Positions 26,732 to 34,950 of a stretch of 64,000 nucleotides of DNA are shown here, piece after piece (within the stretch, counting starts at the first letter, position 1; the number at the start of each line of letters is the position of its first letter). A program made the position numbers and the translations under genes. This DNA comes from an uncultured Acidobacteriota bacterium. Its GTDB lineage: Bacteria > Acidobacteriota > Thermoanaerobaculia > Multivoradales > UBA5704. Location: contig OY969474.1 in assembly GCA_963700145.1 (NCBI GenBank), positions 5,280,001 through 5,344,000 of the forward strand, in the 5' to 3' direction. The notes below the pieces were generated by a model, which ran no database searches, was not told the DNA's origin, and saw only the letters and a list, made by a program, of their open reading frames with translations.

Positions 26732-26764
26732 ACGGGTCGGCCGCGGCTGCGGCTACACTCGGGC

Positions 26765-29700
26765 GTGCGCGAAACGCAGGCGAGGCCGGGGCAGCATCGG
26801 GCCGCCCTACTCGCCGTGTGCCTGGCACTGGTTCCCTCCTGCCGCCCGCGAGGCGGTGAGCAGGACCTCGCGGTGCTGGAGGCTGAGGTCCTCGGCGCCG
26901 TCGATGAATTCGCGGCGCCGCTGCCTCGGTTCAGCGGCACCGCAGTCGGCGAATCGGCCTTCAATCCTTTTGTCGCCCGCTCCTGTCCACGCGCACTCGA
27001 TCCTGGGAGCGTTCCCCACAAAGTAAGTGTGGCAGACGTACGTCGTCTCCGCATTCTCGCCCGAGAGCTCGAGCAGCTCAGAACCTCTCCACGCCACGAA
27101 GCGGCGGCGCTCAGAGTGCGAGCTTTGTGGATACTCGTCGCGGATCCGACGCCACGAGGCCGCGATCGACTGATTCAGCTTCTCGAAGCCGCTCTTGCGA
27201 GGGCTCCGAAATCGCCGGAGCTTCTCAACGATCTCGCCGTCGCCCATCTTCTTCGAGCCACTGTGGACGGCGCCACCGGCGAGCTTGCCGCTGCGCTCGA
27301 GGTCCTCGAGCGCGCCGGCGCCAATTCCCGTCTCGGACCCGCCGCTCTCTTCAATCGCGCTTACGCGCTCCAGTGCCTTTCCTTGTGGAGCGATGCCCCG
27401 GAAACATGGCGGCGCCTCCCGGGAAGTCCGGACGCACTTCGGCGCCGACCCAAAGTCGCGCCGCAAACGCAGAGCTCCCCCCTCGCACTGCGGCGCCGAG
27501 GTGAGTGGCTGCTTGGAGAATGGGCCGCTCAGAGGATGCGGGGTGAGTCGCAGAAAGCTGAAGAGCGGCTGGCCGAAGCAGAAAAGATCGGCACACGATT
27601 AAGAGAGCGGAGCAAGGATCGTCTTCTGAGTGACTCCGTGCGGACGATTCGAGAAGCGCTGCAACAGGGCCGACGTGGCCAACTTCTCCAACTCCAACGC
27701 GGGCATAGGACCTTCCACGCGATTCGTGGCACGGCCATCTTCTCCCAGTGCGAAGCAGAGGCTCTGGCGTCAGCCGAACGTTCCCTCAGCGCGACCGGCA
27801 CTCCGTTCGTCGGTTGGGTGCGACTCGACGAGGCCGTCTGCGCGTATTTCGCAAAGGACTTCGTTCGCATCGAGAGCATCCTGCTCCCTCTGCGCAAGGA
27901 AGCGCGGCGCCTCTCAGCGCTAGCCCTCGAGGGGAGGTGCGAGTGGATGCTCGGCCTCGTGCGCATGGTGCAAGCGCGGTTCGTCGAAGCTGACCTGCGC
28001 TACGCCGCGGCGATCGACCGCTTCTCCCGACTCGGAGAAACGGGGCATGTTGTGTACCTGCGCTCACTGCGGGCCAAGAACTATGAGTTCGGCGGCGCAC
28101 GTCGGGAAGCTTGGCGCGAGCGAATGGCAGCGCTGCAAGCGAGGGGCGCTGTAGAAGACCCCGAGAGGCTGTTCACGATTTTCCAGGAAGCGGCCCAGGC
28201 ATTGAGACGCCAAGGTTATCGGGCCGCGGCACTCCGATTCGTGACCGAGCAGATGAGGGCTGCGGAGCGGGCGGCGCGCGCGACTGGTGAGACCGCCCTA
28301 CTCGCTTACACACTCATTGGGCGCGCTGGATTGCTCGACGAAATGGGGGAGACTGCGAAGGCGACAGCAGATCTCGATCGCGCGGAGCAGCTCTGGTCCC
28401 GACTGGAAGCCGACGACGAGAGCAAGCGCGACATTCGGGTCGACATCGATGTCCAACGCTTACTTCTCGCAGCGGCAAGACCCCGGAAGGATCTGGCCGC
28501 AGTCGATCGGGCTCTCGCCTTCTATTCGGGTACCAGCTCGCTCGGCGATCAGATCGAAGTCCTGAAGCTGCATCGGCTGCGCGCCCAGGTGCAGCTCCAG
28601 CTGCGGCGGCCCGCAGCGGCGCGCGCCGACCTGCAACAGGGGGTCGCGGAAATCGAACGCCAGCGCCTCGAGATTGCCTTGCCGGAGGACCGGGCCCGCT
28701 TCGTCGGCGAGGCCCGCGGCCTCTTCGAGGATTTGATCCGCTTGGAGCTCGACGTCTTTCAGGATGCCGCCGCGGCGCTCGACGTCCTCGAGCGGAGCAG
28801 CAATCGGTTGCTGGCGGACGTGGCGGGAGTTGGGATGTCAGCCCTGCATCGCGTTCCGGCCGATGTCCTCGTAGTGCGCTATGGGCACCTGTCGAACAGG
28901 CTGCTCGTTTGGACATTGCAGCACGGCCGATTGGAGCTCGAGCAACACCCTGCCGCCGCCGCAGACCTTGCCCATCAAGCGCAACGCTGCCGCACATCGC
29001 TGATGGCCGGAGACGCGACGCGGGGCTCCGGCACCGGCTGTGAAGCGCTGGCAAGAACGATCTTGCCGAAGCGCCTCCTGACACAACCGGACGAAACCTC
29101 CGTCGTGATCATTCCGGACGAGCTCCTCGTCGCCCTGCCGTTCGCCGCACTGAGAACAGTGCCTGACGCGCCGTATTTTATCGAGCGTTTCACGTTGAGC
29201 TACGCCCCGAGCCTGGCACTCTTGGCAGAAGGCACGGCTGGACCTCTTCCCCACCCTATCTCGGCCCCTCGTGCACTTTTTGTCTCCGACCCCGCGTTCG
29301 ATCGCGAACGTTTCCCCAGGCTATCTCGCTTGGGCAGAGCGCAAGAATTCGTCGCCGCGCACATGGCGCGTTACCCCGAGTCCGAGCTGCTCACCGGCCC
29401 CGACGCGACGGTTCCCGCCGTCATCAGAGCACTCAGCCGCTGCGATCTCCTGCACTTCGACGGGCATGGGATCGTCAATGCCCAGGTCCCGGAGCGCGGG
29501 GGACTCCTCCTTGCGCCCGATGCGCCGCGAGGGGTCGGTGAGGAATCGGGGCTTCTCACCGCAGACGATCTACCGCCGGCCGCGCTGAAAAGACTGCGTT
29601 TGGTGATCCTCGGTGCCTGCTCAACCGGCCTCGCTACCTATCCTGACACGGCGGAAGTCGCGGGCCTCGCGGCCACCTTTCTCGCGCGCGGGGTTCCCGA

Positions 29701-29926
29701 CGTTGTGACCGCGGCCTGGGATGTGCCGGACGAGGGCGCGGCCCTGCTTCTCGACCTGCTGCATCGAGAGCTCGCGGCCGGCCAGCCGACAGATAGGGCG
29801 CTGCGTGCAGCACAACTGGCGCTCCTCCGCTCCGATGCGCGAGGTTCGCGGACTTGGGCAGCATTCCAGCTGTTCCGCGGCGGCGGCGGAAAAGACAAAG
29901 CGCTGTCCGTCCAAACCAAGCGTTGA
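26765..29926 (+). CDS. TPR + CHAT (caspase-like) protease
   Basis: TPR helices (LLNDLAVA, ALFNRAYAL); IIPDELLVALPFAAL, LHFDGHG, LVILGACSTG, GLAATFLARG, WAAF. Confidence 0.9.
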   Translation: MRETQARPGQHRAALLAVCLALVPSCRPRGGEQDLAVLEAEVLGAVDEFAAPLPRFSGTAVGESAFNPFVARSCPRALDPGSVPHKVSVADVRRLRILARELEQLRTSPRHEAAALRVRALWILVADPTPRGRDRLIQLLEAALARAPKSPELLNDLAVAHLLRATVDGATGELAAALEVLERAGANSRLGPAALFNRAYALQCLSLWSDAPETWRRLPGSPDALRRRPKVAPQTQSSPLALRRRGEWLLGEWAAQRMRGESQKAEERLAEAEKIGTRLRERSKDRLLSDSVRTIREALQQGRRGQLLQLQRGHRTFHAIRGTAIFSQCEAEALASAERSLSATGTPFVGWVRLDEAVCAYFAKDFVRIESILLPLRKEARRLSALALEGRCEWMLGLVRMVQARFVEADLRYAAAIDRFSRLGETGHVVYLRSLRAKNYEFGGARREAWRERMAALQARGAVEDPERLFTIFQEAAQALRRQGYRAAALRFVTEQMRAAERAARATGETALLAYTLIGRAGLLDEMGETAKATADLDRAEQLWSRLEADDESKRDIRVDIDVQRLLLAAARPRKDLAAVDRALAFYSGTSSLGDQIEVLKLHRLRAQVQLQLRRPAAARADLQQGVAEIERQRLEIALPEDRARFVGEARGLFEDLIRLELDVFQDAAAALDVLERSSNRLLADVAGVGMSALHRVPADVLVVRYGHLSNRLLVWTLQHGRLELEQHPAAAADLAHQAQRCRTSLMAGDATRGSGTGCEALARTILPKRLLTQPDETSVVIIPDELLVALPFAALRTVPDAPYFIERFTLSYAPSLALLAEGTAGPLPHPISAPRALFVSDPAFDRERFPRLSRLGRAQEFVAAHMARYPESELLTGPDATVPAVIRALSRCDLLHFDGHGIVNAQVPERGGLLLAPDAPRGVGEESGLLTADDLPPAALKRLRLVILGACSTGLATYPDTAEVAGLAATFLARGVPDVVTAAWDVPDEGAALLLDLLHRELAAGQPTDRALRAAQLALLRSDARGSRTWAAFQLFRGGGGKDKALSVQTKR

Positions 29927-30023
29927 GGTAGGGCTCCGAGGCCAGGGCTGCTTGCGCACTCCGCGCCAGCAGAAACTAGCTTCGTCACAGCTTCGTGACG
30001 AGCGCGACGAGGAGGGATTCCAC

Positions 30024-31052
30024 ATGTCGAGGAAGGCCATTCTCCTACTAGTTCTTTTGCCCGTGTTGGCATGCAGAAGGGATGCGCCGGACCGTGCTAC
30101 GCCATCAGAGGAGTCGGTGGCGACGGCGGAGGCAATCGAACCATACACGTTGAACGTGACGTTCGCGGGACTCATCGCCTTCGCCAAGGCACAGCTCCAA
30201 GGGAGGCCCGTCGTCTGGGCGCTGCTTCCGGACGCCAAGTACATTCCGGGCAGCCACGCCAGCGAGGATCTGCCGCCGTGCATTGGCGACGAAGGCCCTT
30301 CGATCGGACAGCTTAGGGCGCGCGTGCCGCCGCATCACCCAGCGCTTCGGTTTACGGGTGCGACAGTGGACCTGGATGGAGTACCGGTCGACGTCTCCAG
30401 GCCCTTCCTGATCGACGAGAAGGACCTCCGCATCGCAACTGGTGTGCCGGGTCCGGGCACCACAGACGACGTAGCTCTCTCCACGAAAGAGGAGCTCTTC
30501 GACGTTAGGGGAGGGGCCGTTGGTGACTACGCGGCGTTCGATGTGGTTGCGAATAACTACATTGACTCCGATGGTCGAGTGCCGGAGAGAGAACGATTTC
30601 TGATCGCTCGGGTCCTGATCGACTTCGGCACTACGTTCCTTGCGAGCCCTCTGAACTGCGAGGGAGCGACGCTCCAATACGGCTTCAAGACACCGGCCGA
30701 GAACGGTTGCACCAATCCGGTGGCCAGGCTCGCTGAGGAGATTGAGGTCACACAGTCTACAACGCAGCCCGTCACGATCACTCTCCTCCCTGGCAACCAG
30801 GTTCTGAAGGTACGTCCCGCAACGCCGGGAGGGAAGGTCACGGTCGAAGTCCTCAATGTTATGGAGGAGGCACTTGGCCAACACACTGATCCCTGCAGCG
30901 AACTCTCTCGTCAACATCTCGAGGCGTATCGTTGGTTCTACCGGCTGTTGGCCAATGCAGGAAGTTGCGACAGGCACTTTTTCCCTTGCCGTTTTCCTGG
31001 GGGCGAGAGCGACTTCGGCGGCGACAGGTGCCCCGTGAAGGGGTTGGGATGA
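30024..31052 (+). CDS. Hypothetical lipoprotein downstream of the CHAT protease
   Basis: GAGGAGG RBS; signal ending VLAC; Cys-containing mature part; coupled to the next gene by ATGA. Confidence 0.75.
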   Translation: MSRKAILLLVLLPVLACRRDAPDRATPSEESVATAEAIEPYTLNVTFAGLIAFAKAQLQGRPVVWALLPDAKYIPGSHASEDLPPCIGDEGPSIGQLRARVPPHHPALRFTGATVDLDGVPVDVSRPFLIDEKDLRIATGVPGPGTTDDVALSTKEELFDVRGGAVGDYAAFDVVANNYIDSDGRVPERERFLIARVLIDFGTTFLASPLNCEGATLQYGFKTPAENGCTNPVARLAEEIEVTQSTTQPVTITLLPGNQVLKVRPATPGGKVTVEVLNVMEEALGQHTDPCSELSRQHLEAYRWFYRLLANAGSCDRHFFPCRFPGGESDFGGDRCPVKGLG

Positions 31053-33130
31053 GTCGGCTCGACGGCGGAGAGAAACGGTGGCCTCGCGCCCGGTTCGCAA
31101 GGCTCGGAGCACTCGCTACGCTCGCAATGGCGACCAGCGGGTGGCTGGCTTGCACTAGTTCCCGGACGCCCTCGGCTACGACGAGTCCCGACGACGAAGA
31201 ACAGTTCGAGGTCGTCGCCACTGCCGATAGCAGCCCTGAGGGCGGCATTGTCGTGCACCAGTTCCTGCACGGCGAGAATCCCGGTTGCACCAGCGCCAGC
31301 CTAGCGGGTGCCGCGCCCTGCGCTCGCCAGCCATTCCTCCGGGTTCCAGAAAGCTGGCAAGCACGCCTTGTTCACGAGCAGTGTCCGCAGCCGGATGAGG
31401 ACTGTCGACCCTTCTTCCGTGACGCCCGCTCTGGAGGCGCCGACGAGGACAGATTACAGGGCTTGGAGCACGGGCACCTCGTCTTCTATTCGGGACATGG
31501 AGAACCAAGGAAATGGGATGTGAGAGTGGCCCAGGAAATGGAATCCAGTGAGACCTCTCTTGGGGACGAGCTAACCCGATATTTATGGCTGTTGAGCTGC
31601 CAAGTCATGGCGCACGGGCCATTGCGAAAGATCCCCTCTCTTTCTCCGACGAGCACCGCCACAGACTATCTGGCGCCGCAGGAATTCGATCCGCAGGCCT
31701 TGGATCAGGCGAACGTCTTTCGGGACTTCGCCACGAATTACGGCAGCACTGCAGTGCCGCGCATCCCACTCAACGCGAAGCTCCGCCTCGCCTGCGGTGG
31801 TTCGACGAAGATAGGGGGCGGCGGTTCAAACTTCCCCATGGCACCCAGCTGGCACTACAAGCTCATGGCGGGCTTGCCGGTGGCCGATTCGTTCATCCTC
31901 GGTCTTGCCAACGGTTACCGTGTGCCTCTGTGCATGACTCGCGGAGGTGCTGGACCCGAGCATAGCCCGCTCTACGATGCGGACTTCGTCACCGACCAAA
32001 ACGCCGATATCCCGTCGCCCCGCCTGTACATCCAATACCCTATTCACGAAGTCGAGTTGCCGCCTGGCGTACAGGAGGCGGTCGACAGGTTATCGCTCCC
32101 GGCACAGGTCGGGACGGTCTTAGATGACGGCTCCGAAGCTAGACACCGTCCCGTCCTCGAACTCGATGTCACACCACCGCCGCCGCCCTTCGCAGGCATT
32201 GACTGGGACAACCTGCCGCGTCTGCCCTTCGGCTTCCGTGGCGCCTCGGTAGCTGAGCTCCAGGCCGCCGCCGAAGCCCTCGCGAGCCCCCCACTGCTCC
32301 AGGAGTTTGCCGGCACCTCTGTGGACGGGCGCGACCTCTGTGTCAAACGCCAGAGGGACAGCGGCGCGTTCGTCGTGAGCTGGCGGCCGCGAGGCGGCGC
32401 CGGCCTGGCGCCCGCTGGGGTCGGGCTCGGCTCCGGAGAGGCTTTAACCGAGCTGTTCGAGGTCTTCGGTCTAAGCGGAGAACAGTGGACTGCGGGCGTG
32501 AGCGCCGTCCCGGACGTGCACCCCATCACGCCGCTCGTCAAGGCCCTCACGATGCAAATCGACGGCGTGTCCGAGAGCAATGCGGTGACAGGAGGGCTAG
32601 GAGCCGGTGAGATAGACCGTCGCACCAAGTGTTTCTACCTGGCCCTTGAGGGGATCGTTAAGGTTCAAGGCGTTCGATACCCCGTCCTTGGGCAGGGCGC
32701 TGAGTGGCTGTTCGCCTATTGTCCACGCGGTGCCGTTCCACCCCCTGCGGCAGCAGATCCTGGGGCTTGCGAGCGTTCGGTCCCGCCCGTCTTGACCGCC
32801 GCCTGGGTCGGCCGACGCATTGTCGCTTCCTTACCGGAGGCGACCATCAGCCTGGAGGCTGCGCGGACGCGGGCGCGCGAGGAGCTGGGTGAGCGCGAAC
32901 CCGTCGAAGCTTACGAAGAGCAGTCTCACCGCTTCGGATACAAAGCCGCGCCGGTGCACTGCTCTCAGCGCTTCATGTACCTCGTCCACGAGTTCGACTT
33001 CGTCCCCAAGCCGGATGACCGGTTCTCGGACTTCCCGGAGATCACGATCGAGGTGCCGGCGCATCGGATGAACAGCCGGGGGATTGAAGACACGTGGCAA
33101 TGCTCCCCGGAAACGGGGAACAACGGCTAG
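31049..33130 (+). CDS. Hypothetical lipoprotein with a DUF6345-like caspase-fold His/Cys motif
   Basis: Signal ending WLAC; LVFYSGHG ... LGDELTRYLWLLSCQVM. Confidence 0.65.
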   Translation: MSRLDGGEKRWPRARFARLGALATLAMATSGWLACTSSRTPSATTSPDDEEQFEVVATADSSPEGGIVVHQFLHGENPGCTSASLAGAAPCARQPFLRVPESWQARLVHEQCPQPDEDCRPFFRDARSGGADEDRLQGLEHGHLVFYSGHGEPRKWDVRVAQEMESSETSLGDELTRYLWLLSCQVMAHGPLRKIPSLSPTSTATDYLAPQEFDPQALDQANVFRDFATNYGSTAVPRIPLNAKLRLACGGSTKIGGGGSNFPMAPSWHYKLMAGLPVADSFILGLANGYRVPLCMTRGGAGPEHSPLYDADFVTDQNADIPSPRLYIQYPIHEVELPPGVQEAVDRLSLPAQVGTVLDDGSEARHRPVLELDVTPPPPPFAGIDWDNLPRLPFGFRGASVAELQAAAEALASPPLLQEFAGTSVDGRDLCVKRQRDSGAFVVSWRPRGGAGLAPAGVGLGSGEALTELFEVFGLSGEQWTAGVSAVPDVHPITPLVKALTMQIDGVSESNAVTGGLGAGEIDRRTKCFYLALEGIVKVQGVRYPVLGQGAEWLFAYCPRGAVPPPAAADPGACERSVPPVLTAAWVGRRIVASLPEATISLEAARTRAREELGEREPVEAYEEQSHRFGYKAAPVHCSQRFMYLVHEFDFVPKPDDRFSDFPEITIEVPAHRMNSRGIEDTWQCSPETGNNG

Positions 33131-33138
33131 AGGGATGC

Positions 33139-34881
33139 TCACCGCGAGGGCGGCAGCTCCGCCGGCGCCCGCTCCAGGTTGGCGCAGCCGAGAGCCTCGC
33201 CGCCTTCGCAGGCGTAGCGATAGAGGGCGGCGGCGCGGCCGTGGTCCTGGATGACGCCGTTGCCTTCGGCGTGCATCGTGCCCAGGTTGACGCAGGCCAG
33301 CAGGTCGCCGGCGTCGCAGGCCCGCTGGTAGAGGTCGGCGGCGCGGTAGGCGTCCTGCGGCAGGCCCAGGCCGTCGGCGTAGCGGACCGCCAGGTTGTAG
33401 CAGCCGCGCGCCTCGCCGCCGTCGCAGGCGCGGCGGTAGAGGGCGACGGCGCGGGCCTCGTCGGCCGGCACGCCGCTCCCCGTCGCCGCCATCACCCCGA
33501 GGTTGACGCAGCCGCGCGCCTCGCCTCCTTCGCACGCAGTCTCGTAGAGCGCCGCCGCCCGCGCCGGGTCGCGCCCGACGCCGGTGCCGTCGTCGTAGAG
33601 CACCGCCAGCTCGTGGCAGGCCTCCGCGTCGCCGGCGTTGCAGGCGCGGCGGAAGCGGGCGGCAACGCCGGAGACGTCGGCGGGCTCTTCGGCGGCGCCC
33701 TCCTCCGAGAGCAGGATCAGGTTGCGGCAGGCCAGCGTGTGGCCCCCCTCGCAGGCGCGGCGGAAGAGCGCGGCGGCGCGGCGCTCGTCCTGGGGAACGC
33801 CGTCGCCGGCCGCCAGGAGATCGGCGAAGTTGGCGCAGCCGAGGGCCTCGCCGGCGGCGCAGCTGCGCTCGAACAGCGCGGCGGCGGCGGCCTTGTCGGC
33901 GGCCATGCCGTGCCCGTCGCGCTGGAAGATCCCGAGGTTGAAGCAGCCCTTGGGATCGCCCGGCCGGCAGGGCGCCCCTTCGCAGCCGCGGCGGTAGAAG
34001 CCCGCGGCCCAGACCTCGTCGCGCGGCGTGCCCACCCCATGTTCGTAGAGGTAGCCCAGGTTGGTGCAGGCGAGCGAGCTGCCGCCTTCGCAGGCGCGGG
34101 TGTAGCCGAGGAGCGCCAGCGCGGGGTCGGCCCGTACGCCGCGCCCCTTCTCGTACATCAGGCCGACGTTGAAGCAGGCCGAGGCGTTGCCGCCGTCGCA
34201 GCCCCGGCGGTAGAGGTCGGTGGCGAGGCGGTCGTCGGCGGGCCCGCCGCGGCCGGTGGCGTGGAGGAAGGCGAGATGGGTGCAGCCGGCGGCGTCGCCG
34301 CCGTCGCAGGCGCGCTCGGCGAGGAGCCGCGCCCGCGGCTCGTCGCGCGGGACGCCCTTGCCGTCGAGAGCGAGGAGGGCGAGGTCGGCGCAGGCCGCGG
34401 CGTGGCCGTCGGTGCAGGCGTCGAAGAAGATCTCGCCGGCGCGCTTGGCGTCCTCGGAGACGCCGCGGCCTTCGAGGTGGAGGTGGCCCAGGCGGTGGCA
34501 GCTTGCGGCGCGGTCGGCGTCGCAGCCGTGGGTGGCGAGGGCGACGGCGTTCGCCAGGCGCACGGTCCTCTCCATGCTCTTGCCGCCGCGCTGCACGGCG
34601 AGCCGCACCTCGTCCCCTGGCCGCCGCTCGGCAAGCGCCTGCTCCAGCTCGCAGACGGTCGCGACCGGCCGCCCGTCGAGGCTCTCGAGGAGGTCCCCGC
34701 CGCGCAGCCCGGCGCGCTCGGCCGGCCCCTCCGCCTCCACCTCCGCCAGCGCCACCCCGCCCCCCTCCTCCAGATCCCGCCCCTCCGCCCCCAACGTCGC
34801 CGGCCCGTCGCCGGACTCCAGCTCACCCCCGGAGCAGGCGAGCGCGAGGAGCAGGCAGAGCGAGAGATGGAAGCGGCTCAT
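33139..34881 (-). CDS. PDZ + Sel1-like (Cys-paired, Hcp-type) repeat lipoprotein
   Basis: Lipobox LALAC; GPAERAGLRGGD (PDZ); roughly a dozen AC..G...C.NLG.MY..G.GV..D..RA repeats. Confidence 0.9.
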   Translation of the reverse strand: MSRFHLSLCLLLALACSGGELESGDGPATLGAEGRDLEEGGGVALAEVEAEGPAERAGLRGGDLLESLDGRPVATVCELEQALAERRPGDEVRLAVQRGGKSMERTVRLANAVALATHGCDADRAASCHRLGHLHLEGRGVSEDAKRAGEIFFDACTDGHAAACADLALLALDGKGVPRDEPRARLLAERACDGGDAAGCTHLAFLHATGRGGPADDRLATDLYRRGCDGGNASACFNVGLMYEKGRGVRADPALALLGYTRACEGGSSLACTNLGYLYEHGVGTPRDEVWAAGFYRRGCEGAPCRPGDPKGCFNLGIFQRDGHGMAADKAAAAALFERSCAAGEALGCANFADLLAAGDGVPQDERRAAALFRRACEGGHTLACRNLILLSEEGAAEEPADVSGVAARFRRACNAGDAEACHELAVLYDDGTGVGRDPARAAALYETACEGGEARGCVNLGVMAATGSGVPADEARAVALYRRACDGGEARGCYNLAVRYADGLGLPQDAYRAADLYQRACDAGDLLACVNLGTMHAEGNGVIQDHGRAAALYRYACEGGEALGCANLERAPAELPPSR

Positions 34882-34950
34882 CGGGTGCCGGGTGGGGTAG
34901 GATCCGTCGCCGGTCCGCTCATCCTACCGAAGGCCCCCCGCGAGAGATCC

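Noticed and set aside
33094-34950. N-terminal 600 residues of the 1549-aa ORF
   Set aside because: Antisense to the Sel1 gene; the real protein starts at ATG 34951 with a signal peptide.
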